Shown here piece by piece: positions 12,096 through 23,141 of a stretch of DNA of 64,000 bases. Position 1 is the first letter of the stretch. Each line of letters begins with the position of its first letter. Source of the stretch: Eledone cirrhosa (taxonomy: Eukaryota). Location: assembly GCA_964016885.1 (NCBI GenBank), contig OZ024758.1, positions 310,001-374,000 of the forward strand, in the 5' to 3' direction. The position numbers were made by a program, and so were the translations under genes. The notes beneath the pieces were generated by a model. That model saw only the letters and a list, made by a program, of their open reading frames with translations, ran no database searches and was not told the DNA's origin.

Positions 12096-12149
12096 GAATC
12101 AGTTCCCGTCCCACCCTTGCAAGCAGGGAAAAAGCGGACTTAAAACGAA

Positions 12150-12197
<48 letters not shown>

Positions 12198-12836
12198 TAT
12201 GTATGTATGTGTATATGTATGTATGTATGTATATGTATGTATGTGTATGAGATGCAGTTTGGTTTTGTGCCGCTGAAAAGTGCAACAGATGCCCTCTTCT
12301 TAGTGAGACAACTACAAAAGAGGTTCTTAGAGAAAAATAAGCCACTATACTTAGCTTTGGACATAGAGAAGGCTTTTGATAGAGAACTCTTATAAATGAC
12401 AACATATATATATGTGTGTGTATATATATGTTTTTTTTAAAACTATATATTTATTACTCCCTTAAGCAGAAGAAATATATTCCCAGATATCGAAGATTAC
12501 CACAATAACTAGGGAGCGGAAGTCAATAGATGCTGGACATTGCTGCTGAGGGTAGGATGACCTGATGAGCTGGCTCCTGTGGTGGATACCTAAACATAGT
12601 AAGACCCAAGTGGGATGACTGAGGTTCACCTACATACATCAGATGTCTCTGGATCTCCAGCTGGAGATTAATGATCTCAGGAATGCCATGAAAAATCGTG
12701 ACATCTAAAAAAGAAGAGTAGAATTGTTCTGGCCAATCCACCTGACCTAATAAACAATAATAATATTAATATATATTGATGAAAATTAATTATGGTGAAA
12801 TATCTTAGAAATCATTCTCAGAGGTTTTGTATTGTA

Positions 12837-14841
12837 ATCCACACTTGCTCCTTGTGGCTTCTGATGCAGACATCATGTCCGCCATCAGGTCCTTCCCAGC
12901 TAGCAGCTGCGGAGATGTTGATGGTCTCTGACCAGGCCTCCTCAAGGAGTTGATATCTCCCCTCTCCGCTGAGGCCGGGCGCCGCCTTCTGGGTGCAATT
13001 GTGGCGCTCACCAATAGGCTCATCCATGGCGCCCTGGACTCTTATGCTCGAGGCCTCTTTTTTTCGGCCAGCCTCACCGCTCTCAGGAAGAAAGAGGATG
13101 GCATACGCCCCATTGCTGTGGGCAATGTCTTCCGGAGGCTGGCTGCCAAGGTAATCTGCAAGTCCGTAACACTCGGAACCGGCATCCAGGGCCTCCAGCC
13201 ACCTCATTGTCAAGTTTGACATGAGGAAGGCCTTCAACTCTTTACGCTGGGATCATCTGCTCGAGGCCTGCCTCAGCCGAGCCCCCTCTGCCTACCTGTC
13301 ATATGGAGCCCCAAGCATGCGCCATGCTGCTGATACGGTCATACCCTTGGCTACTGGGATCCAACAGGGCAACCCTTTGGGACCCCTCCTGTTCACCCTT
13401 GGTATTGACCACATCGCCCGGAGTATAACGGCCTCTCTCAACGTTTGGTATCTGGATGATGCTAGTTTGGGTGGGCCCGTACAGGCGGTCTGCCATGACC
13501 TTCAATCGGTGGTTCCTGCCCTGGCGGGAATCGACCTCCAGGTCAACTCAGCCAAGTCGGAGGTGGTGAATGTCAGCCTCGATGCTGCAAGCTTTGCAGT
13601 CTCCGTCTTGGACGTGCGGTCCATTCTCCGCCAGGTTCAGGTGACCCCCAAAGAGGATGCCCTCACCGATCCACCCGCCGGCTATCCGCTCCTCCATCAA
13701 GTCCAGACTATCACGAGCCGACTGGGCTTGATTGATGGCCACCCAGTTCTCTTTCTGCTGAGGAACTGCTACGCCATGCCGAAGCTCCTCTATACACTCT
13801 GTGCTACACCTAAACTTGTATCCGAGCAGCAGCCGATGAGATATGCAACTTTACCTGTCAGGTATGGCGGCCTTCGCCTCCAGTCCCCGATCTCACTAGC
13901 TTTGCCGGCATATCTTTCGTCGGTAACCTCGTACCACGTCCTCCTCAGCAGGGTTCTTCAAAACACAACAGAACCCTCTGTGTTCAGAGAACGCGTGGCC
14001 GCCTGTGAGACGTGGGACCGGCTGGGACTTAGCCCAGTAGACATTCCTCCTCCTTCTCCCCCTGTTGACGTCAAGTCCCCCCCAACACACTTGGGATGCC
14101 ATCCAGTGCAGCCTGGCCTCAGACAGGCTCACGCGCCAGCTCGACCAGCACCGCCTTGTTTGTTTTCGTGCAGCCTCCAAACCCCACAGTGGGGCCTGGC
14201 TCCATGCCCTGCCCTCCTTCTCCACTCGCACGCAGCTAGACAACAATAGCTTGCGCATCGGCGTTTCCCTGAGGCTCGGCCTCACACCAATGTCGCTGCC
14301 GTTCCAAAATGGACTCTTTCGGCCTCCACCCGCTTTCCTGTCGCCACAGTGCCAGCCGCAATCCACGCCATGCTGCCCTCAACGAAGTCATTAAGCATAG
14401 CTTGGACGCTGCAGGCTTCCCTTCCCAGCTCGAGGGGACGGCAAAAGGCTAGATGGCATGGCCATCTTCCCGTTCCGCGGTGGCAAACCCCTCGTCTGGG
14501 ATGCCACTTGCACCGACACTTTCTGCAGCCGCAACCTGGTGCAGTCTGCGACTGGCCCAGGTTCTGCTGCACGTCAGGCTGAGGGGGCCAAACTCCTCAC
14601 ATATCGTTCACTCTCCGACAGGTTTGCGGTCGTACCCCTGGAAGTGGAGACTTCTGGTGTCCTCGGCCCCAGGGCTACCTCCTTACTCACCACCATAGGC
14701 GCTGAGCTGGCCAGCCGCAGGTGTGAGCCCCGCGAGTTGGAGTGGCTTTTCCAGCGCGTGTCCCTTGCCGTGCTCCGGGGAAACGCCTTCTCCATTCTGT
14801 CCGCCGGGGCTGTGGGTGGGCCCCATCGCGTACCGTTATGA
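12837..14841 (+). mobile_element. CRE-clade retrotransposon, duplicate of 3885-5889
   Basis: Same motifs and same frameshifts at offset 8952. Confidence 0.85.
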
Positions 14842-16563
14842 ATGTATACAAAACAACTAAATCTCTTAAATAACTTCACTTATATCCAAAACATGATTTG
14901 TATATACATCAACAGTGACTCATTATTATACGCCAGTCACGACCCCACTGCAAACACGATATCTATATAACAACCCCACCGTAAAACTACTCTTCCCCAC
15001 TTTACAAACACTTTATATTATTTGTCATTAAGGTTTCTTAAAATAAATATATATACGTATGTGTAGTAATTAGTACAGGGACGAGTGTGTCTTGGTGGAG
15101 GGCACATGGGACCAGCAAAGTCCTAAAAGTAGAGACCAGTAAATGAGATAAGGTCGTAGCTATGTTAAGAATATACATAAGAAACATGTTCTAAACATTT
15201 AAGAAATAATTATTTACCTCTTTCATGTCGGTAATATAGCGGTGTTATAAAACTAATTATAACGACCGGTGTTAAAATAGAGAGAGATAGACAGATAAAT
15301 GTGTGTCACACTCTCACCCTCTCTTTAAATCTTTTACACTATCTAACTCGTACTTCTCACACTCTCTTTAAATCTTTTACTCTATCTACCTCTCATTTCT
15401 ATCTGTGTATGTATGTATGTATCTGTCTATGTGTAACTCGGTGTACTGGAGCAATATGAAGTGAAGTGTCTTGCTGAAGAAGACATTTTGTGGAGTTATA
15501 TCATCGTTTCTTGTTATAAAGCTACTTATACTACCGGCGTAACAGTGGCTATAGGTGATAGATGTAGAAATAAAAGGCTGTAACAGCGATATAAATATAG
15601 ATGAAATAGTTTACCACGAGACTAAGAATGAATGTTTAATGGAATTAAGTGTAATCTAATAGGAAATAAGAGGCTAGAGCAGCGAAATGTTTACGTAAAA
15701 TAAAAGAACAACAAACAAGAGTGCAACATTGAAATTTTTTTTTTTTGTCGATATAAGCGTTATTTTATGCGCGATTTGCCTTGCTGCCGGCGCTGCTCAG
15801 TCAGTAGCAGCCCCGCTTACGAAGTTCAGGAGCCAACCACTTTACATGGTTCGAATCTCACCCTCTCCGCTCTTGTCGAGTTATCTCCCACTCTTTTTAC
15901 TTAGTTCCAGGTCATTAAAATAGAGCAAAGAGGGCGCGGCGATCGGCATATGCACTGGCTACAATGTTGAACTTTGGTACTGACTGCGTAGTTGAACGTT
16001 CCATATACCAACCGCCCAACTGGCCAGTCAACCGCATATGCGGCTGGCTGGCCGGTTGGGTAGTTGGCATATGTACTGGCTACCATGCTGAACATTGTAC
16101 TGACTGTCAAGTTGAACGTTCTAACCCTCTCTTTACATCTATTACTCTATCTACCGCTTATTTCTCCCCCTCTCTTTACTTCTATAACTCTATCTCCCAC
16201 TCTCTTTACATCTATTACAGTGTCTCCCTGTATATATATACACGTATATATGCACTAGATTTTATAAGAAATCTACGTAATAATATAATTAACAATAGTT
16301 GATGAATTAGACCAGAGTTAATTAAACAATAAATATGAATGAAATAGCAGTAGATGGCGAAACTTGAGTGTTGTGTGTGCATACATATATATGAGGTAAA
16401 CTGGTTCAAATACTGTCAGGATTATATTGGATCAAAGACTGTATTAAATAGAAAGTAAAAAATGAAGTGAAAATATAAAAACAAACTGAAAATTTCCCCA
16501 TCCCTAGAAAAATTCATATCTTGTTATATATAGATAATTGGCGCTTTAAATTGAATAAATATC

Positions 16564-16601
<38 letters not shown>

Positions 16602-16666
16602 ACACTGATATATATGTGTGTATATATATATGTGTATATGTGTACATATGTATGTGTATATATATA

Positions 16667-16697
<31 letters not shown>

Positions 16698-17168
16698 CAA
16701 CTTCATCATACGTCCGCTTTTTCATGCTTGCAAGGGTGGGATGGGAGCTGATTCTGGATTGGTTTCTACAGCTGGGTGCCCTTCCTGACGCCAACCGTAT
16801 TTGCAGTGAGTGCTGGGTGCTTTTTTTTTCCGTGGCACCTCCACGTCAGCTTTACAGTGTGGGCTGGGTGCTTTTTTGCCGTGGTGCCTCCGCGACCACT
16901 TTGCGGTGGGGTGGTGGGGTGGTATGTGTATACCCAGCCCATTGTCATTTCCCAACCAGAAAAGCTTATAGCCTCGTTCTTTACCCACGATGAATGTAGC
17001 AGACCCACCCCTCCACCTGGTCTCTTGAATACAACAAACATCGACCTCCTTACGTTCAAGCATTTCTACAACCTCGTTAGAGCCACCCTATAAGGTGCCT
17101 ACATTAATGGTACCAACTCTGAAGTTTTGGATTGCGGGTGAATTTGAGGTGAATTTGTCTTTATGTAT

Positions 17169-17206
<38 letters not shown>

Positions 17207-17325
17207 ATGTATGTATGTGTGTATGTATGTGTGTGTGTATGTGTGTGTGTGTGTATGTGTGTGTGTGTGTATGTGTGTGTGTATGTATGTATATATATAT
17301 ATGAGTGTATATGTATATATGTGTA

Positions 17326-17963
17326 TAGATTAATTATAACGTTCGCGAAACTGAAAGTGGATTTTCTGACAAGTGAATGTGTTTTTTTTTTTTTTTTTAC
17401 AATGAAATTTACGATACAATCTTTGTTTATTTACAACAGGTCTCTATAGTGATATGGTGTTAATTAGTATTGCGTGTGTGATTATTTTCTCATATATATA
17501 TGTGTGGGTGTGTATAAGTGTGTATATATATGTGTGTCTGTATGTGTGTGTTTGTATATATATATATATGTGTTTGTGTCATCATCATCGTTTAGATGTT
17601 TTTGTAATATCTTGCCAAAGTTGGTACCAACTATAAACAAATTAAGGCCCGGTCATAAGAAGGACAGAGAATGATAAGGGATTTGGGCAAAAACATCTAA
17701 ACGATGATGATGACACAAACACATATATATATATACAAACACACATATATATATACATACAGACACACATATACACACCCACACATATATATATAAGAGA
17801 AAATATTCACACACGCAATACTAATTAACACCATATCACTATAGAGACCTGTTGTAAATAACCAAAGAGTGTATCGTAAATTTCACTGTAAAAAAAACAA
17901 AACAAACACATTCACTTGTCAGAAAATCCACTTTCAGTTTCGCGAACGTTATAATTAACCTAT
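17326..17963. mobile_element. Foldback/MITE-like long inverted repeat (arms ~275 bp, spacer ~85 bp)
   Basis: 17326-17604 is the reverse complement of 17688-17963 (TTAATTATAACGTTCGCGAAACTGAAAGTGG...). Confidence 0.8.
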
Positions 17964-17965
17964 GC

Positions 17966-18008
<43 letters not shown>

Positions 18009-18285
18009 GTGTATATGTATATATGTATGTGTATGTGTGTGTATGTGTGTGTATGTATGTATGTGTGTGTATGTATGTATATGTATATATGTATGTATGT
18101 GTATATGTATGTATATATGTATGTATGTATATGTATATATATGTATGTATATGTATATATACTTGTGTATATGTATATATACTTATGTGTATGTATGTAT
18201 ATGTATATGTATATATATATGTATGTATGTGTATGTATGTATATGTATGTATGTGTATGTATGTATATGTATGTATATGTGTATG

Positions 18286-18318
<33 letters not shown>

Positions 18319-18343
18319 GTATATATATATGTGTATGTATATG

Positions 18344-18376
<33 letters not shown>

Positions 18377-18399
18377 GTATATGTATGTGTATGTATATG

Positions 18400-18729
18400 T
18401 AGGCACATGGCTTAGTGGTTAGAGCATTGGCCTGGCAATCGAAAGGTTGTGAGTTCAATTCTCAGACCGGGTAACGTGTTGTTTCCTTGAGCAAGACACT
18501 TTATTTCACATTGCTCCAGTTTACTCAGCTGTAGAAATGAGATGATAGGGACTGGGGTCCCTATCATTCCACTGCAAAGTGGTTGTGGAGGTGCCACGGC
18601 AAAAAAGCACCCAGCACTCACTGTAAATGAGGTTGGTGTTAGGAAGGGCATCCAGCTGTAGAAATCTAGCCAGAATCAGTTCCCGTCCCACCCTTGGAAG
18701 CAGGGAAAAAGCGGACTTAAAATGATGAT
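18400..18729 (+). mobile_element. CORE-SINE with RTE tail
   Basis: Same family as 2886-3249. Confidence 0.85.
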
Positions 18730-18832
18730 TAAATGCGTGTCTGTAGAGCCTTTCCCGAACGGGCAGGACCCCTCGGTATAATTGTAAGTATTAGTGGTTG
18801 TAATAAAAATGCAATCAAAATGTAATAAATAC

Positions 18833-18968
18833 CTTCACTGATTTCTTTCCTTATATTATCAACAGAAGTTGGTATGTCACCCAAAGTTCGCTTTGTATGT
18901 TCCCGAATAGCAGTGAATTTTGATAAAACTGTTTCTAATTCCTTCTCCACTGTAAGACAAATATCCAT
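18833..18968 (-). CDS. RMND5A: RMND5/GID2 (CTLH E3 ligase subunit), first coding exon
   Basis: MDICLTVEKELETVLSKFTAIREHTKRTLGDIPTSVDNIRKEISE resembles the recalled human N-terminus MDQCVTVERELEKVLHKF. It ends at a phase-1 GT donor (GAAG|GTATTT). No downstream exons were seen in the window. Confidence 0.8.
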
Positions 18969-19689
18969 GTGTAGTTGAAGAGGATAAGTATGAAAGAACG
19001 AGGAAACTGTGGGGATATGTCGCCGGCCAACAAATGGTTTGTACAGGTAAGAGAAAGGAGAACCCCCCCCTCTCTCTGTGCTCCCTGGCAGAAAGGTCGC
19101 AAAAAAACAAACAAACAAACACGTGGCAACAAATAAATAGCAAAAAAAAAAAACAATAAATAAATCTATATTTCTTTTAACGGCTAAAAAAAAGGGAATG
19201 TAAATATGTTGGAATAGCCTCATACATTGAAGTAAGCAGCAACTACAGCAAGTAAGCGGCATTTAGGCCGCTAAAATTGGATATCGCCTCTCCGGGTAAC
19301 AGAATCCGGTGGTAAGAGGAAATGATGGATGAGACGAAGAGTGATTGAAGTTGGCCCTTTATCTATCTGTCTGTATGCCTGCTGTCGTACACGACCTAAC
19401 GACCATGTTGTGGTAACTTGTCTTGCTAGAAATGACAGCAAAATAAACTTAGTTTCTACCACACACACACACATTGATTTGTAGCTCTATTTATAACTCT
19501 GTATCTATCTATAGTACGTCGCTGTGGCAAATAAAGAAAGATATCTATATACCTACCTATCTATCTATCTATCTATCAGGGCAAACACCTTTCTCTCCGG
19601 ACAAAAACTCATCCCCTTCTTTAAGTACCATTTCAGAAGGAAGGTGAGAGTGGATAGAGTCGCTACACCCCAGTAAATTCGCAAATAAA

Positions 19690-19790
19690 CAGAGGTAACT
19701 GGCGAATCTGGCGAGGGCGCATGGTTGTTCCAGCACCTAAGCCTCGCCATCACCCGAGGTAACACTGCCAATGTGCTGGCTTGCCTCAAA
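19690..19790 (+). mobile_element. CRE retrotransposon 3' fragment
   Basis: Translates to EGAWLFQHLSLAITRGNTANVLAC. Confidence 0.65.
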
Positions 19791-20849
19791 AATCATTAGA
19801 GAGATTGCCCAGTACTCCTCGCTGAATCCTTCCTTTGCATTTTCATAAATAAATTGTGAGTTTTTTCAAAGCTAGAAATCAAATAGAGATATTTTTATAC
19901 ACATTGTATTATATGTGTTTTTATTTTCATTCTGAAAGAAATGTGAACAATTTGTAATGTTATTTAAACACCTGTAAATAAAACCAATTAAATATTTAAC
20001 AGAACTACGCATTTTAGCATACCTTCGTCTTCGTCTTGCTTCATTGTGAGAAATTCTAGTTTCCTCTCTTAATTCATTTCTTCTGTTAAATTTCCTCTGA
20101 ACTCTTTCCTTATATCATTAATATTATTGTTCTTTAAGTTAGTTGTTGCATTGAAATCGTTATCACTATTATGCGCTGTATCAATATTGATAACGCAATT
20201 TTCTGAAGTGACTCTCTTGTAAAATAAATGTCTTATTTGCTTCCATTGACGAAAGGAGGGTAAGAAGAAATTAAAAAAAGTTTGGAGAATACAGTGGTCC
20301 ATTTGTTCAAACAATGAAACACAACTTAGTAAACAATTGTTACGTTGACGCTTATCAAACTTTCACCGCCGTTCGTCTACCATTGCTGCATATAGGTGTG
20401 TCTAGGTTTGTTTGGGTGTGCACGCACGTGTGTCATAAAGTCAATCATGTAATTATCTCCCCTTGGTAAACATGCATCATATGGAGGAAGAGAGTGTGTG
20501 ACATCTCAAGATAGACGTTGCAAAAGGTTTTGAGATAGATAAATAGATATGTAGGTAGATAGATAGATATATTTCTTTATTGAACAACTTAGAATCAAAT
20601 AATTGTTTATACTTTTGGTAATTCGCTTGTAATTCCCTAACAACACCAACCGAAATGGAAGAGTACTGAGAGACAGCCTGCTGCAGGCCAACTTGATAGC
20701 AACCAACCTAAGGGTTAGGATGAATCCAGGGAAGATGTGGACCTACATCTCAGATATGCACCTGTCCAAGTCCCAGATTGTCATTCTGGTGAGGAAAAAG
20801 TGGCAGAATAGTGTTCTGAACACAGAACCATACAACTATTTCAGTACAC

Positions 20850-21186
20850 TGGGGCAGTGGCTTGGATGTTGCAGCACCTCACCCGAGGTAACAGGAGATG
20901 TTCTTCGGGGGGCGCTTGGCTGCTCCCGGATCTAACCCTCGCCATCACCTGAGGTAACTGGTGATGTTCCTTGTGAGGGCGCTTGGCTGTTGCCGGATCT
21001 CACCCTTGCCATCAAAGAGGTAACTGGTGATGCTCTTCATGAGAGCGCTTGGCTATTCCAGCACCTCAGCCTTGCCTCACACGAGGTAACTGGTGATGGT
21101 CGTGAGGGCACTTGACTATGCCAGCACCCCAACACCTGAGGTAACAGGTGATGTTCCTCGTGAGGGCGCTTGGCTGTTGCCAGATC
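20850..21186 (+). repeat. ~66-bp minisatellite (5 copies) derived from a CRE C-terminus
   Basis: GAGGTAAC at 20885, 20951, 21017, 21083 and 21138; the unit matches 19692-19763. Confidence 0.8.
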
Positions 21187-21249
21187 ATTCACTGGGAATA
21201 GTCGGCTGTGGTTGAGTTCATGTACTTTTGCATGTCGTTTGAGCCCTCC

Positions 21250-21480
21250 TGCTGATTTATATTCTCTACCACATGCTTGGCAGGCATGATGAGTAGCATC
21301 TCCAACAGCAGCCTGGTCTCACTTTATGACTGCGAAGATGACTTTCAAGTCCAGCTTTACTGAGGCAGAGCCTTGCACAGACGCTGCATGTCATAGGAGG
21401 ACCTTCGCTGTCTGGAAATGAACTCATTTCCAACTCTTGCTTTACTGACAGCTCCTCAGTACATAGCATGCACTACTCTC
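21250..21480 (-). mobile_element. RTE/BovB-like LINE 3' fragment with C2H2 finger
   Basis: Translates to CSVCARLCLSKAGLESHLRSH. Confidence 0.6.
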
Positions 21481-21749
21481 ACAAACCATTCTTCTACACA
21501 TAATTTCCTTAAGGATCACCAGATAATAGATTTAGGTACTCTGTCAAAGGTGTGGTAATTGAAGTATCCTAGTTGGATTGTTTACCAATATAGACGTGAG
21601 GGAAAGTCCCTCGTCTATTTACCATTTTTGTAAGTGAGAATTATAACAAGTGAGTGGGTGTGTGCGTAGACAAGACAATAACCACAACGAGAGTTATATT
21701 TAACAATGTGACAACTAGGCCTGGTCCATTATCCGCCAGGGGGCGTAAG

Positions 21750-21950
21750 GCATCTTACTACAAAAGCTAAATATAGTGGCTTATTTTTGGCAAGGAACTT
21801 CTCTTGTAGTTGCATCACTAAGAAGAGGGCATCTGTAGTAATGTTCCCAGGCATGAAACCAAACTGCGTCTCATCTATTTTGACTCTTTCCCTAATTAGC
21901 TGTGCTATAACTGTCACTTTCATAACTTGGTCTATTAGTTTTATATATGC
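21750..21950 (-). mobile_element. RTE RT fragment
   Basis: Translates to IKLIDQVMKV...QFGFMPG.ITTDALFLV.QLQEKFLAKNKPLYLAFV. Confidence 0.8.
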
Positions 21951-22171
21951 ACTAGGATAATTATGTTTCTCTAAAAGGAGCAATATTGACTCAGGCTTAT
22001 TGCATGGTTTTATTAGCAGATGTGTGTAATTTACATTGCGCTTCTTTATTAATTTATAAACCAACTACAACATTTATACTTTGACATCAACCCAAATACA
22101 ATCTTCTACTCATGTACTTTATATGAAAGGAAGAGAACAAAACAAAACCAAAATGTTTGGGAAAGTGACAA

Positions 22172-22177
22172 TTTATT
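22172..22177 (-). promoter_or_regulatory. Probable poly(A) signal of the SOHLH2-like gene
   Basis: AATAAA ~305 nt after the stop codon, followed by a GT-rich tract on the minus strand. Confidence 0.5.
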
Positions 22178-22482
22178 TATGACTTCAGTTTTAACACTTT
22201 GTTCGTCATATGTCCAACATAAGTAGTTTCTTTTCTTGGAGAATAATTAGATATTTAATTGTCTGTCCTTTCAATGTCTAATTACAAAAGGCCCCATATC
22301 AGAAATAATCTTGATATCATTTGTCTCTTGGAGCATATGATATACATGTTAATCATGTGTTCAATCTTTGAACAAATGATATATGTGCTAATCTTGTGTT
22401 AAATCTTTGTGTTTATACTTTGAACAAATGATACTCATGTTAATTTTGTGTTACATCTTCACAGTCCTCATTTAGCTTAGAA

Positions 22483-23141
22483 CTATATTCTTGCATTTTT
22501 AGAAAATCCAAAATTATTAAATGTTTCATTTTTATTTGTGGTACAACTGTTAGTGTTGCTGTTGGTACCATCAGTATTATTTCCACAATCACTATTATTG
22601 TGAGTCGGTTCAAGAAATGAAACATTGGATGTCCTGTTTGGTGTATTTTGTAAATTTCCGAAGTCATAAAACAGTTCATTTGTTTCATCATTGGGCAATG
22701 TATCAATATGAGAGTTTAAAGGTAAATCAGCAAGTACCAGAGGTTCACCAATCATAGGACTATGGTAAGATGGTTGACTTATATTTGACATGTGGGCAAC
22801 TTTTATGGAGTTGGGTTTTGGGATCTGGTTATTCAAGCAATACATAGGAATAGTTGAATGGCTATACTCATTATTTTTGAAGTTAAATCTTCCAACTTCT
22901 GTTTGCCTAACGAGTGAATTGTTAAAATAACCAGCTGGATACACAATGGGATTAGGAATGTTGATGTATTGTCTAGGTTGACAAAATAGTTGTGTTTGTG
23001 GTCTAACCTGTGCAATATGTCTATGAACTGAAAACTCCTTCATTTGGTGTATAGGTATTGTATATGGGTGCATTTGCATCTGTAGTCCCTGATTTACTTC
23101 ATTTTTCTTACTGAAATTGTCATTAACCACAGGAAATAAAC
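22483..23141 (-). CDS. SOHLH2: SOHLH2-like exon 11 (terminal, Asn/Gln/Pro-rich)
   Basis: Acceptor ATTAAAG|GT, long open frame, TAG stop at 22485-22483. Confidence 0.75.

Larger units (their letters stand above)
8786..12196 (+). mobile_element. CORE-SINE copy split by the RTE insertion (8786-9066 and 12096-12196)
   Basis: Matches 2886-3249 on both sides of the insertion. Confidence 0.85.
5988..14939. repeat. Segmental tandem duplication, unit 2 (unit plus 3-kb RTE insertion)
   Basis: Near-identical to unit 1 apart from the 9067-12095 insertion and a few SNPs/indels. Confidence 0.95.
14940..18729. repeat. Segmental tandem duplication, partial and more diverged unit 3
   Basis: Collinear with 1-3250 up to the SINE tail. 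It has an extra foldback element and lacks the CRE half. Confidence 0.9.

Noticed and set aside
18729-19262. 177-aa ORF as a complete gene
   Set aside because: Only 18968-18833 is RMND5-like; the rest is UTR and intron read-through.
20850-21186. 66-bp periodic array resembling a CRISPR
   Set aside because: The whole unit is repeated and derives from CRE coding sequence.
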